Of a stretch of 64,000 nt of DNA, positions 48,660 to 58,965 are shown in pieces. The DNA lies in NCBI GenBank assembly GCA_963810755.1, contig CAWEOP010000003.1, positions 801,395 through 865,394 on the forward strand, written 5' to 3'. This DNA is from an uncultured Gammaproteobacteria bacterium. GTDB taxonomy: Bacteria > Pseudomonadota > Gammaproteobacteria > Steroidobacterales > Rariloculaceae. Numbering within the stretch: position 1 is the stretch's first letter; the number at the start of each line of letters is the position of its first letter. The notes beneath the pieces were generated by a model. The model ran no database searches and was not told where the DNA came from. It saw only the letters and a program-made list of their open reading frames with translations. The position numbers and the translations under genes are program-made.

Positions 48660-50438
48660 TCAGCGCGCGTCCATGAGCTCGCGGATCACCTTCACGGGCG
48701 CGTTGCCGTAGCTCGAGAAACTGCTCGTGGAAGCGCTTGAGGTCGAACTTGTCGCCCTGCTGCGCTCTTGAGGCGCTCGCGCAGATCGAGGATCGCGGCG
48801 TAACCCGAGAAGTAGCTCGTGAGCTGCACGCTCGTGCGCGTCACGCGCTTCCACTTGTCGGCGGCCTCCTGCTCGGTTTGGAACGCCTCGCGCGTGAGCA
48901 GGCTCATGACGTCTGCCTCGCTCATCCCGAGCACGTGCACGCCGTAGTCGAGGATCGTGTTGCAGACGGTGCGCAGATTCCACTTCGAGTAGATCAGCCA
49001 AGCCTCGGCCTTCGAGTCGCCGTAGCCCGATTCGAGCATCATCCGCTCGGTGTACACGGCCCACCCTTCGATCATCGCGCCGTTGCCGAAGATGCTCTTG
49101 ATCAAGCTCGGCGACTTGTTCGCGTAGATGAGCTGCACGTAATGGCCGGGCACGGCCTCATGGATGTTCAGGATCGGCAGCATCCAGTCGTTGTACTCGC
49201 GCAGCCAGCTCTCGGCGCGCTCCGGCGAGAGGTCGTCGAGCGGCGTCACGTTGTAATACGTCTGCGCGCCGGGGTCGTACGGGCCAGGCGCCTCGATGCT
49301 CGCGCCCGCGATGCCGCGCTGATGCGCCGGCGTCTCGCGCACCGTGAGCGGCTTCGTCGGGTCGAGCGTCACGAGATCGTGCTCGCTCACCCAGCGTTGG
49401 AGATCCGGTATCTGCTCCTTCACCGCGGCGATGAGGTTCTCGCGCGCTACGTGCTGCTCGGATAGCTTCGCGATCACTTGTCCGATCTTGTCGAGCCTGT
49501 CGCCGGGCGGCGCCGCGTTCGGGAAATACTTCGGCCACAGCAGGTCGGACAAGAGCGCCATGCGGGCGAGCAGCGTCTCCTTCTCCGCAAGCGCGCGCTC
49601 GTAGAGCGCCTCGGCCGTGTCGCCGGATTGGATGTCGAACGCGAACTTCTTGGCGTAGAGCTCGCCGCCGAGCCTGAACGAGCGCGCCTCGATCTCGCCG
49701 CTCGCGAGCTTGCCGTCGAGCGACTCGAGCCACGCGACGTAGTCCTCGACGCCCGCTCGCGCGGCCGCGAGCCGCTGCTTGAACACGCTGCGCTCGGCGG
49801 GCGAGAGCTTCGAGCCCGCGATCTGCGCCTCGAGCTCCGGGCCGAATACCGCGAGCGCGCCGCGGTTCTGCTCGATCGCGAGCTGCGTGTGCTCGCGCGT
49901 CGGCTTCGCGATGTTCGCCTTCGCGGCGGCGTAATAGGCGGGCACGTTCTCGAGCCGCTCGAGAAACGTGCGGAGCCGCTCCTCGAGCGGCGCGTACTCG
50001 AGAGTCGTGAGCAGGGCGAACGCGTCCGCGACGTTGTATCCGGCCGGATTCCACTGCCAGGCGCGCAGCTCCGTGATGCGCCCAACGCGTCGACGCGAAC
50101 TCGTTGTCGAGCATCTCCCAGTCCGCGCGCACGTTCGGCGAGAGCTTCTTCGGATCGATCCGGTGCAGCTCGCTCGTCCAGCGCTCGTTCTGCTCGAGCC
50201 GCGCGGCGCGAGCGCGGTCGTCCGGTACGACGAGCCGCTCGGCGTACTTGTAGTAGCCGTTCGCGATCGCCCAATCCGGATTCAGTTGCCAGAGGCGGTC
50301 GAAGAACGCTTCGCCGAATTGCCTGCGAAAGGCCGAGTCGGTCGCGGTGTCTGCCGAGGAGGGCGTGCTGTGCATGAGGGTCACCGCGACTAGCGTCAGT
50401 GCGCGAAGGAGGGCTCTGAAAGGGCTCGAAACGGTCAT
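48660..50438 (-). pseudogene. DUF885 family (metallopeptidase-like) secreted protein; frame broken three times
   Basis: ORF 49158..50438 (signal peptide, FFDRLWQLNPDWA) continues as ORF 48692..49945 (HEAVPGHYVQ, EGWAVYTE), then DKFDLKRFHEQFL and YGNAPVKVIRELMDAR-stop (48660). The breaks are near 50078-50082, 48754-48758 (surplus G in a G-run) and 48711-48716 (surplus G). Confidence 0.85.
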
Positions 50439-50581
50439 CGCGGCTCACTTGCGATCGATGCGGCCATTGTGCCGACGGCGACGCGTCGTAGACAACCCGA
50501 GGCGGTCGGCTAGGCGCCTTCGGTGAGGATGCGCGCGGCGCAAGGGCAGTGCCACGGGCATACGAGCGCGATTTCCGTTCC

Positions 50582-52540
50582 TCACCGCGGCAACGCGGCT
50601 TCCCACGACGGCACTCCTTCTTCCCATTTGTTGTGGGTTAGCCGCACGGTCGTGCCATCGGCTATGCGGTACGCGAACATCTCACCGTACGCCTGCGCCG
50701 CGAATTGAACCGCGCGCAGGAGCGGCTCCTCGTCGCTGATTCCCGCTTGCTCGGACGAGAAAATCAGCCATTCGCCGTCGTACGAGAACGCGAGATGACC
50801 TTCTTGGGCGTTCGTATCCGTTATGCGGTGCACGCCGCCCGGAGCGCCGTCGCGGGCGACGTCGACCCACCACACGTCGTAAAGGTCCGACGACGGATTA
50901 CCGCGATTGGAGACGAACGCGATGCGCGAGCCATCCGGCGCAAAGTTCGGGAACAGGTCGTTCGCGTCGTCGTCGGTGATCTGCCGGACATTCGAGCCGT
51001 CGCCGTTCATCGTAAACACGTCGTAGTGGCCGCTGCGGCGGCTGCGGAATGCGATCCGACCGTCCGCCGCGAAGCTCGGGTAGCCGTCGTAGCCCGCGGA
51101 GCTCGGCGTGACGTTCGTGAGGCTCGCGCCATCGGCGCCGACGATCCAGATGTCACCCTCGCCGCCGCGTGGATCGAGCGGATTCCGATCGCCGCGCGTG
51201 AAGCCGACCTTGGTGCCGTCGCGCGACCATTGAAACCCTGCGAAGCCCGCGATCAGAAGCTGTGGCGGGTCAAGGGCCACCAACGAGCGTTGCGCTGCTC
51301 CGGACGTCGAGGAAACGAATAGTGTTGTCGGGTCGGCCGGAGCGTCGTAGACAAGCGCGTCCGTTCGCGGATTCAGCACGGCGCTGAAGTAACGAAGCGG
51401 ATAGAGCTCGATCGTGCGATCCGCGAGCTCCGCGCGAAACGGCGCGCCCTCGACGAGCACGGCTCCGTGAGCGCCAAACACGTCCGTGCCGATCGGAGCT
51501 CCGGGCACGTTCGGTGTCGTGCCGTGCGCGATGAAGCTGCCCGCGGTCGGGCCGCGCGTCGGCTCCCAAAAATTCTCCTGGGAGGGGGCGCTTTCGACTC
51601 GCTCGTCGGAGCCGTCGTTCGCGATCGTGACGATCTGCCAGACGCCCGGCGCGTAAAGCTCTTGGTTGCCTCCCCTCTGCGGGCCAAGCCAGGGCATGCG
51701 CTTTGCGTAGACGATCCGGCCGTTCGGCAGGAACTCCGGCGATAGCGCCGTGAAGTCCTTGATCGACGTGAGCTCGCGCTGATTCGAGCCGTCGGCATTC
51801 ATTACCCAGACGCTCGCGTGCTGCGGCGGCACCGGTCCGAAACCGCGGTCGGAATAAAACGCGATCGACTTGCCGTCCGAAGACCATGAGGGCGAGCCAT
51901 TCCAAGTGTCCGGCGTCGTCAGGCGCGTCTGCGCCCCGGTCTCGAGATTGCGCGTGTAGATCGCGCCGGTGCGTGAGCGCGTGATCGACGCGGCGGGGCC
52001 GAAACCCGTCGCGGGCAAGTCGCGATCGGAGCTGAACGCAAGCGTCTTGCCGTCGGGTGAGAACGCGGGACGGAAATCGCCGCCCGGAGACCGTGTGATG
52101 TTCGCCGCGTCGCGCATCGTCGCGGTCTTGCTCGGACGAAACGCCAGCGTGTAGATCTCCGCGTTGCCCGACGCGGTGGCGACGAACGCCAGAGTTTTTC
52201 CGTCCGGCGAAAACGCCGCCTGATCCTCGAGCGCGTCGCTCTCGATCAGGAGCCGCGGCTCGCCGCGCTTCTCGAGATCGAGCACGAAGAGATCGGGGCT
52301 GCCGCGGCGCTCCGAGCAGAACACGAGCCAACGGCCGTCGGGCGACACCGTTGGGTCGTAGTCCAGAGCGACGTCAGTCGTGAGCCGCTCGGGCGGCTTG
52401 CCGCCGCCGGGGAAAAGATAGATGTCCCAGTTGCCGGGACGCGAAGTCGTGTAAGCAACCCGATCCGGTTGCGCGACGCTTTTGGCGGTCAGCGTAATTG
52501 CGACCAGACCTACCGCGAAGACTGCGAGGTGCCGTCTCAT
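50582..52540 (-). CDS. periplasmic PD40/WD40-like beta-propeller repeat protein (TolB-like repeats)
   Basis: ORF 50582..52591. ATG 52540 gives a signal anchor. It has many SPDGK/SxDG + LAF/IAF repeats. Confidence 0.8.
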   Translation of the reverse strand: MRRHLAVFAVGLVAITLTAKSVAQPDRVAYTTSRPGNWDIYLFPGGGKPPERLTTDVALDYDPTVSPDGRWLVFCSERRGSPDLFVLDLEKRGEPRLLIESDALEDQAAFSPDGKTLAFVATASGNAEIYTLAFRPSKTATMRDAANITRSPGGDFRPAFSPDGKTLAFSSDRDLPATGFGPAASITRSRTGAIYTRNLETGAQTRLTTPDTWNGSPSWSSDGKSIAFYSDRGFGPVPPQHASVWVMNADGSNQRELTSIKDFTALSPEFLPNGRIVYAKRMPWLGPQRGGNQELYAPGVWQIVTIANDGSDERVESAPSQENFWEPTRGPTAGSFIAHGTTPNVPGAPIGTDVFGAHGAVLVEGAPFRAELADRTIELYPLRYFSAVLNPRTDALVYDAPADPTTLFVSSTSGAAQRSLVALDPPQLLIAGFAGFQWSRDGTKVGFTRGDRNPLDPRGGEGDIWIVGADGASLTNVTPSSAGYDGYPSFAADGRIAFRSRRSGHYDVFTMNGDGSNVRQITDDDANDLFPNFAPDGSRIAFVSNRGNPSSDLYDVWWVDVARDGAPGGVHRITDTNAQEGHLAFSYDGEWLIFSSEQAGISDEEPLLRAVQFAAQAYGEMFAYRIADGTTVRLTHNKWEEGVPSWEAALPR

Positions 52541-52705
52541 TGGAGGCGTCCGATTCGTCTGTTTTGTGGGCGCTTGGATCGCGTCCAGCATTCTTCTATG
52601 CGACTGCGCGGAGCATAACCCGGAGCGAACTACGCGGTATACGAACCGTACTTGTCCCGATCGGCAGGACGCTGCGGCGGCGTCAGCACAACTCCGGGGC
52701 CCTCG

Positions 52706-54082
52706 TCAGGTTTCGGGGTCGCTGAGCACGCGCGTGTTGCGCAGCAGCACGGCGACGATCGCGCCGACGAGCATCACCGCCGCGAGGAACATCATTCCCC
52801 CCGCGAAGCTGCCGGTCATGCCGCGCACGAGGCCGACGGCGTACGGGCCGACGAATCCGCCGAGCGAAGCGAAGGTGTTGATCAGCGCGATGCCCCCGGC
52901 GGCCGCGCTGCCCGTGAGGAAGCGCGTCGGCAGCGCCCAGAACGGCCCGCGCGTGCTGAGGTCGCCGACGGCCGCGACGGTCAGCGCGATCATGCTCGGG
53001 ACGGGCGAGGTCAGATACGCGCTCGCGGCGAAGCCGAGTGCCGCGACGGCACTCGGGATCGCGACGTGCAGCAGGCGCTCGCCGGTGCGATCGGAGCTCG
53101 CGCCGATCAAGATCATGCCGACGGCCGCGGCCGCGTAGGGAAGCGCCGAGATTGCGCCGACCGCGAGCTCGTCGAGCCCCGATAGCCGCTGCACGATCTG
53201 GGGTATCCAGTACGTGAGCCCGTAGCTGCAGCACTGGCATGCGAACAGCACGATGCCGAGTTGCCATACCGTCGGATGCAACAATGCGGCGCGGAGCCCG
53301 ACGCCGTGGCGCCGTTCGGCGGCCGCGCTCTCGGCGCGTATCTTGGCCGCGAGCCAGCTGCGCTCCTCGGGCTCGAGCCAGGTCGCTTGCTCCGGCGAGT
53401 CGGTCAGATAGAAGAGCACGACGAATCCGAGCACCACGGCCGGGATGCCTTCGAGCAGGAACAACCACTGCCAGCCCGTGAGCCCGTGCCAACCGTTCAA
53501 CCCGAGAATCGCGCCCGCGAGCGGACCGCCGACGACGGTCGACAGCGGAATCCCGAGCATGAACCACGACACGGCGCGCGCGCGTTCGGCGTTCGGATAC
53601 CAGCTGCCGAGGTAGTAGATGATGCCCGGCAGGAATCCCGCCTCCGCGACGCCGAGCGCGAAGCGCAGCAGGTAGAAGCTCGTGGCGCCTTTGACGAACA
53701 GCATCGCAATCGACAGCACGCCCCAGGTGAGCATGATCCGCGCGATCCAGAGGCGCGCGCCGACGCGCGCGAGAATCAGATTGCTCGGCACCTCGAACAG
53801 CGCGTAGCCGATGAAGAACACGCCTGCGCCGAATCCGTACACGGCCGGGCTGAAGCCCAGGTCGCGGTTCATCTGCAACGCCGCGAAGCCGATGTTCACG
53901 CGGTCGATCCACGACACGATGTAGAGGAGCAGCAAGAACGGCAGCAGGCGCCAGCCGACCTTCGACAGCGTCATGCGTTCGAGTGCGGAGCTGTCGCCGG
54001 CCAAGGCGCGAGGGGTGGTGATCAAGACGCGTCCCACGAGGATAGACGCGCGATTGTCGATGCTTTCGTGCGGGCGCGGCAA
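52706..54082 (-). CDS. MFS transporter, anion:cation symporter (ACS: tartrate/phthalate/galactonate-type) family
   Basis: WRLLPFLLLLYIVSWIDRVNIGFAALQM, GYALFEVPSNLILARVGAR and LRFALGVAEAGFLPG, with 12 TM segments. The exact start is uncertain (54082 to 53974). Confidence 0.85.
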   Translation of the reverse strand: MPRPHESIDNRASILVGRVLITTPRALAGDSSALERMTLSKVGWRLLPFLLLLYIVSWIDRVNIGFAALQMNRDLGFSPAVYGFGAGVFFIGYALFEVPSNLILARVGARLWIARIMLTWGVLSIAMLFVKGATSFYLLRFALGVAEAGFLPGIIYYLGSWYPNAERARAVSWFMLGIPLSTVVGGPLAGAILGLNGWHGLTGWQWLFLLEGIPAVVLGFVVLFYLTDSPEQATWLEPEERSWLAAKIRAESAAAERRHGVGLRAALLHPTVWQLGIVLFACQCCSYGLTYWIPQIVQRLSGLDELAVGAISALPYAAAAVGMILIGASSDRTGERLLHVAIPSAVAALGFAASAYLTSPVPSMIALTVAAVGDLSTRGPFWALPTRFLTGSAAAGGIALINTFASLGGFVGPYAVGLVRGMTGSFAGGMMFLAAVMLVGAIVAVLLRNTRVLSDPET

Positions 54083-54175
54083 CCGCCGGCGCGCTCCACC
54101 GCTTGCAGCGGCTCCGGCCGTCGGAAGTGCGCCGAACGTCCCTGTTCGGCGCGAGCTACTCGTTTCAGCGAGCTG

Positions 54176-54829
54176 TTAGTCCGGCGAGCGCACGACCAGC
54201 CGGTTCCGCACCTCGGCGCCGGCCGCCGCCTGGGCCGCGATTCGGCCAGCGGATTCCTTCTCGGCAACGGACGTCACATCGCCCGTGAGCGTGACCACGT
54301 CGTTGCGGGTGTGCACGTCGATGTCGCGCTGCGCGAGCCGCGCGTCCGCGTGCAGGCTCTGGCGGATCGCAGCTTCCGTCGAGCCGGCCGCGTGCGCCTG
54401 TCGCTGGCCGGAGGATGCGCCGCGCCCGGAAGCGCCTTCGACGAAGAGCGTGTTGCGCACGCGTGTCACGCCTGCGATGCGGTGCGCGATCTGCTCGGCC
54501 TTCTGCTTGTCCGCTTCGGTCGCAACCGTGCCGGTCAAGGTCGCGACGCCGTTGTGGACGTCTGCGCGCACGCCCGGCATTCCGAGCTGCTGCGTGAGCT
54601 GCGATTGCACCAGCACGCCGACTTGCGCGTCTTGCACGCCGCGCACCGCGCCGTCGACTTCCGCGCCCGCGTGGGCGCCCGCGCCGATTTCGCCGGGCGC
54701 GCGACCCGCCGCGCTCACGCCGCCCGCGGCTCGGCCCACCGCGTCGACGTCGAGTTGCGCGTTCGCGGTCACCGCGCCGAGAAGCACAGAACTGCCGAGA
54801 ACGAGGATCATCGATTTGGGTTCAAACAT
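54176..54829 (-). CDS. secreted BON-domain protein (two BON domains)
   Basis: ORF 54176..54886. ATG 54829 lies 8 nt after AAGGAGG. It has two V..GVATLTGTV...A..IA..IAGV..V.N type repeats. Confidence 0.8.
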   Translation of the reverse strand: MFEPKSMILVLGSSVLLGAVTANAQLDVDAVGRAAGGVSAAGRAPGEIGAGAHAGAEVDGAVRGVQDAQVGVLVQSQLTQQLGMPGVRADVHNGVATLTGTVATEADKQKAEQIAHRIAGVTRVRNTLFVEGASGRGASSGQRQAHAAGSTEAAIRQSLHADARLAQRDIDVHTRNDVVTLTGDVTSVAEKESAGRIAAQAAAGAEVRNRLVVRSPD

Positions 54830-55023
54830 CTGCCGGCCCTCCTTGACGTAATGGCCCTCGTGGGCAAACCCGCTTAAGCTTTGCAAGCCGCATGCCGGGG
54901 CGCGGGCCGCGCCGTTGGCGGGTTTGAGGGGGATCGGCGCCGCGGTGCCCGTATCTCGCGAGGCCAGCGTCGAAGAACAATTCCAAGATTTGCAACGCGC
55001 CGGCCGCGCTCAGGAGACTTCGA

Positions 55024-55869
55024 GTGGCGAGCATCGAGACGAACGCCGAACCGCACGGCCACGCGCGTGGCCACCGCTACTACGACCTCGTGCTCGCGGG
55101 ATTCGTCGCGGTCTTGCTCTGCTCGAATCTCATCGGCACCGCGAAAGTCGCCGAGGTCGAGCTGCCGTTCGAGTTGCCGCTGATCGGCGCGGCGCTCGTG
55201 TTCGGCGTCGGCAACATATTTTTCCCGATCAGCTACATCTTCGGCGACGTGCTCACCGAGGTGTACGGCTACGCGCGCGCGCGGCGCGTGATCTGGGCCG
55301 GATTCATCGCGATGGTATTCGCCGCCTTCATGTCGTGGGTAGTGATCGGTTTGCCGCCGACGCCCGACGAGCCGTTCAACGCGCAGCTCCAGCCCGCGAT
55401 CGAAGTCGTGTTCGGCAACACGTGGCGGATCGTAACGGCGTCGATCGTCGCCTTCTGGGCCGGCGACTTCGTGAACGCGTACGTGCTGGCGCGGATGAAA
55501 GTGCTCACGCGTGGCCGCTGGCTCTGGACGCGAACGATCGGCTCGACCATCGTCGGGCAGGGCGTCGACAGCGTGATCTTCTATCCGATCGCGTTCGCGG
55601 GCATCTGGGCCGGCGAAACGTTGTTCACGGTGATCGCGTTCAACTTCGCGTTCAAGGTCATGGTCGAGGTCGTGATGACGCCCGTTACCTATGCGATCGT
55701 CGGCTGGCTCAAGCGCCACGAGCGCGAGGACTACTACGACGTGAAAACGAACTTCACGCCGTTTTCGCTTGCAAGACTGACCGCAATTCAGACGAGCTCG
55801 ACTGGAGCGGGTGATGGCCACCGTAAAGTTCAGTGTCCCAGACGACGTGAAAACGGCGTTCGATCGTGA
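55024..55869 (+). CDS. yhhQ: queuosine-precursor transporter YhhQ (DUF165/VUT) family
   Basis: GTG lies 7 nt after CAGGAGA. FPISYIFGDVLTEVYGY, GSTIVGQGVDSVIFYPIAF and the YYD..TNFTPF end. The 30-aa tail after FTPFSL looks non-native. A one-base correction near 55770 would end the protein at about 55779. Confidence 0.85.
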   Translation: MASIETNAEPHGHARGHRYYDLVLAGFVAVLLCSNLIGTAKVAEVELPFELPLIGAALVFGVGNIFFPISYIFGDVLTEVYGYARARRVIWAGFIAMVFAAFMSWVVIGLPPTPDEPFNAQLQPAIEVVFGNTWRIVTASIVAFWAGDFVNAYVLARMKVLTRGRWLWTRTIGSTIVGQGVDSVIFYPIAFAGIWAGETLFTVIAFNFAFKVMVEVVMTPVTYAIVGWLKRHEREDYYDVKTNFTPFSLARLTAIQTSSTGAGDGHRKVQCPRRRENGVRS

Positions 55870-56044
55870 GTTCAACGGACAGAACAGGAACGCGGTGATT
55901 GCGGACTTGATGCGGCGCGCGGTTGCGGAGGCGATTCGGCGGCGGCGTGTCGCACTGTTCCATGCCCTCACCGCAGGACGCCGCAGCCGGCCGAGCGCGA
56001 CCGATGAGGAGCTCCGGAGTGCGCGTTGCCAAGGACGTTCGTGA
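55814..56044 (+). CDS. small ribbon-helix-helix/antitoxin-like protein (76 aa), no partner toxin
   Basis: ATG lies 7 nt after GGAG. MATVKFSVPDDVKTAFDREFNGQNRNAVIADLMRRAV is a beta-strand plus helix pattern as in CopG/VapB-type proteins. It overlaps the yhhQ tail as given. Confidence 0.4.
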   Translation: MATVKFSVPDDVKTAFDREFNGQNRNAVIADLMRRAVAEAIRRRRVALFHALTAGRRSRPSATDEELRSARCQGRS

Positions 56045-56099
56045 GGATCGCCACCGAAGCTAGCGGTCTTAACCGTTGCAGGGGCGGCGCGCTTCGAGG

Positions 56100-58208
56100 A
56101 TGATCGCCGCCCCTATGACCGAACCCGCCCTCCAAACACCCCCAATCGGCTTCGACGGCCTCGGCCTCGCCGACGCCGTGCTCGCGGCCGTGCGCGAAGT
56201 CGGCTACGAGACGCCGTCGGCCATCCAGCTCGCCGCGATCCCCCCGCTGCTCGCGGGCAAGGACCTGCTGGGCCAGGCGCAGACCGGCACCGGCAAGACC
56301 GCGGCGTTCGCGCTGCCGCTCCTGAGCCGCCTCGATCTCACGCTCGCGCAGCCGCAGCTGCTCGTGCTCACGCCCACCCGCGAGCTCGCGATCCAAGTGG
56401 CCGAGGCCATGCAGACCTACGCGCGCCACCTCAAGGGCTTCCACGTGCTGCCGGTGTACGGCGGCCAGGGCATGGACTTCCAGCTCAAGCAGCTGCGCCG
56501 CGGCGTGCACGCGGTGGTCGGGACGCCGGGCCGGATCCAGGATCATCTGCGCCGCAAGACACTGAAGCTCGGGGCGCTGAAGACCGTCGTGCTCGACGAG
56601 GCCGACGAAATGCTGCGGATGGGCTTCATCGAGGACGTCGAGGACATCCTCAAGCAGATGCCGGAGGAAAAGCAGGTCGCGCTGTTCTCGGCGACGCTGC
56701 CGGACCGCATCCGCAAGATCGTGCAGCACCACTTGTCGGACCCCGTCGAGATCAAGATCAAGGCGAAGACCGCGACCGTGGCTTCGGTCGACCAGCGCTA
56801 CATCGAGGTACGGCAGTTCGACAAGCTCGACGCGCTCACGCGCATCCTCGAGGCCGAAGAGTTCGACGCGATGCTGATCTTCGTCCGCACGCGTACCGCG
56901 ACGACCGAGGTCGCCGAGAAGCTCGAGGCGCGCGGCTTCGCCGCCGCGGCGCTCTCCGGCGAGATGACGCAGGCGCTGCGCGAGCGCACCGTCGAGCGGC
57001 TCAAGAGCGGCAAGCTCGACATCGTGGTCGCGACCGACGTCGCGGCGCGCGGCCTCGACGTGGAGCGCGTGAGCCACGTCGTCAACTTCGACATTCCGAA
57101 CGACATCGAAGGCTACATTCACCGGATCGGGCGTACCGGCAGGGCCGGGCGCGCGGGTCACGCGATCCTGTTCGTGACGCCGCGCGAGCGCCACATTCTC
57201 GCCGCGATCGAGCGCACGACGCGCCAGCCGATCAAGCAGATGCGCCCGCCGACGCGCGAGGACGTCGCGGACCGGCGCGCGACACAGTTCAAGCAGCGCA
57301 TCACCGAGGTGATCGCGGCGCAGGATCTCGTGTTCTTCGAGCGGCTCGTCGCCGGGTACGAAGAGGAGCACGGCAAGGAGCCGCGCGAGATCGCCGCGGC
57401 GCTCGCGTATCTCGCGCAGAAGGATCGGCCGTTGCTGCCGCCGCCCGCACCGCCGCGCGATGAAAGCTACGGACGCAGCGAGCGGCCCGAGGGCCACGAG
57501 CGCTCGCGGCGCGAGCGGCCCGCCTATCCCGAGCGGCCGCAGCGCGCGCGCACGGCCCGCGACGAACGTCCGGCATCGCGCGAACAATCAGGACGCGACG
57601 AGCGGACGCCGCGCGAAGCCAGCGCGCCGCGTGAACGACCCGCACGCGAAGCGCGGCCGCCGTTGCCTGAGACCGCCGCGCCGCGCGCGGCGCCGGGCGG
57701 CGCGGAGCCGGCCGACGAGCGAGCGGAGCGCGTCCGCAAGCGCAGCACGCTGGAGCTCTATGCGCCGCGCGAAGAGAAGCGCCCGGCGCGGCCCGAGCGC
57801 GCCGCGTCCTCGGGTGCGCCGCGCGGCAGCGTCCGCTATCGCATCGCGGTGGGCCATGACCACGGCGTGCTGCCCGGCAACATCGTCGGGGCGATCGCGA
57901 ACGAGGCGGCGATCGACTCCGTGCACATCGGCCGGATCCAAATCTTCGACGCGTACTCGACCGTCGAGCTCCCCGAGGGAATGCCCGACGAGACTTACGA
58001 GCAGCTGCAGAAGACCTGGGTGTGCGGACAGAAGCTCGCGATCCGTGTAGATTCGCCGGGCGACGAGCCGTTTCCCGCGCCGCGCGCGCCGCGACGCCCG
58101 GGCGGCGACGCGAAGTTCGACAAGCGCGCGAAGCTCGGCAAAGGCGCGAGGTTCGACAAGCCCGCGAAGAAAAAGCACAGAAAGGGTCCGCCGCCGCCGC
58201 GCAAGTGA
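56100..58208 (+). CDS. deaD: DEAD-box ATP-dependent RNA helicase (DeaD/CsdA-like with DbpA-type C-terminal RNA-binding domain)
   Basis: It has the Q motif, AQTGTGKT, PTRELA, DEADEML, SAT, ARGLD and HRIGRTGRAG. A long Arg/Glu/Pro-rich linker precedes the YRIAVGHDHGVLPGNIVGAIANEA (DbpA-like) domain. An alternative start is ATG 56115. Confidence 0.9.
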   Translation: MIAAPMTEPALQTPPIGFDGLGLADAVLAAVREVGYETPSAIQLAAIPPLLAGKDLLGQAQTGTGKTAAFALPLLSRLDLTLAQPQLLVLTPTRELAIQVAEAMQTYARHLKGFHVLPVYGGQGMDFQLKQLRRGVHAVVGTPGRIQDHLRRKTLKLGALKTVVLDEADEMLRMGFIEDVEDILKQMPEEKQVALFSATLPDRIRKIVQHHLSDPVEIKIKAKTATVASVDQRYIEVRQFDKLDALTRILEAEEFDAMLIFVRTRTATTEVAEKLEARGFAAAALSGEMTQALRERTVERLKSGKLDIVVATDVAARGLDVERVSHVVNFDIPNDIEGYIHRIGRTGRAGRAGHAILFVTPRERHILAAIERTTRQPIKQMRPPTREDVADRRATQFKQRITEVIAAQDLVFFERLVAGYEEEHGKEPREIAAALAYLAQKDRPLLPPPAPPRDESYGRSERPEGHERSRRERPAYPERPQRARTARDERPASREQSGRDERTPREASAPRERPAREARPPLPETAAPRAAPGGAEPADERAERVRKRSTLELYAPREEKRPARPERAASSGAPRGSVRYRIAVGHDHGVLPGNIVGAIANEAAIDSVHIGRIQIFDAYSTVELPEGMPDETYEQLQKTWVCGQKLAIRVDSPGDEPFPAPRAPRRPGGDAKFDKRAKLGKGARFDKPAKKKHRKGPPPPRK

Positions 58209-58250
58209 ACGGCGAGCGCCCACGAGAAGAACGAACGGCACGAGGAAGCC

Positions 58251-58856
58251 ATGAATCAAGAAGCGAACATCGTCAACGCCAACACCGTCGTGACGTTCCA
58301 CTACAGCCTGCGCGACGAGAGTAACGCACAGATCGAAAGCTCGGCGGGGCAGAGCCCCGTGGTCTACATGCACGGGCACAACAACATCGTGCCGGGGCTC
58401 GAGGAGCAGATGAGCGGCAAGCAGGCCGGCGACAAGTTCAGCGCCACCGTGCCGCCCGAAGGCGCGTACGGCCTGCACGATCCGAACGCGGTGCAGCGCG
58501 TGCCGATCAAGCACCTCGCGTCGAAGGGCAAGATCGAGCCGGGTCAGATGGTGGCCGTGAATACGCGGCAGGGCGCGCGCCACGCGCGCGTCGTGAAGGT
58601 CGGGCACTTCAACGTCGACCTCGATCTCAACCACCCGCTCGCGGGCAAGACGCTCGTGTTCGACATCGAGATCGTGGACGTGCGGCCGGCAACCGAAGAA
58701 GAGCTCGCGCACGGGCACGCGCACGGTCCGGGCGGCCACGGCCATGATCACGGATCACGAACGACCATGACCATGACCACGACCATGATCATGGGCATTC
58801 CTGAGCGGAAGAGAGCCCGACTCTTTGCCCGAGCGCGCCGCCTAACCGCCGCCTAA
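58251..58856 (+). CDS. slyD: FKBP-type peptidyl-prolyl isomerase SlyD (His-rich tail out of frame)
   Basis: VVTFHYSLRDE...HPLAGKTLVFDIEIVDVR is an FKBP plus IF-domain pattern. After HGHAHGPGGHGHDH the ORF reads GSRTTMTMTTTMIM..., which is DHE/DHDHDHDHDHGHS-stop (58802-58804) read in the wrong frames. Confidence 0.85.
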   Translation: MNQEANIVNANTVVTFHYSLRDESNAQIESSAGQSPVVYMHGHNNIVPGLEEQMSGKQAGDKFSATVPPEGAYGLHDPNAVQRVPIKHLASKGKIEPGQMVAVNTRQGARHARVVKVGHFNVDLDLNHPLAGKTLVFDIEIVDVRPATEEELAHGHAHGPGGHGHDHGSRTTMTMTTTMIMGIPERKRARLFARARRLTAA

Positions 58857-58965
58857 CCTAGACGAGCCGTAGGCCTGTAACCCCCGGTCGATGCATGCCG
58901 ACTCCGCACGCCGCTCGGCGCGGGCTGCGGCTCCGCGGCGCGCCGGCGGGGTCGCACGCGAACGT

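Noticed and set aside
19416-50082. The frame breaks as programmed ribosomal frameshifts or selenocysteine recoding, especially in the Mo enzymes.
   Set aside because: The sites share no slippery heptamer or downstream structure. They occur in unrelated housekeeping genes that are never recoded. None of them is an in-frame TGA flanked by a continued frame.
54887-55023. A preQ1 riboswitch upstream of yhhQ, which would be an expected association.
   Set aside because: I could not find the conserved preQ1-I/II core (a short hairpin followed by an A-rich tail with the ACUA/AAAAAACUA-type segment) in this 137-nt leader. A covariance-model scan would be decisive.
57460-57800. An Arg/Glu/Pro-rich repetitive stretch in the helicase gene as a possible repeat element.
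   Set aside because: It is an in-frame low-complexity linker (ERP/RER-type) between the helicase core and the DbpA-like domain, with no exact DNA repeats.
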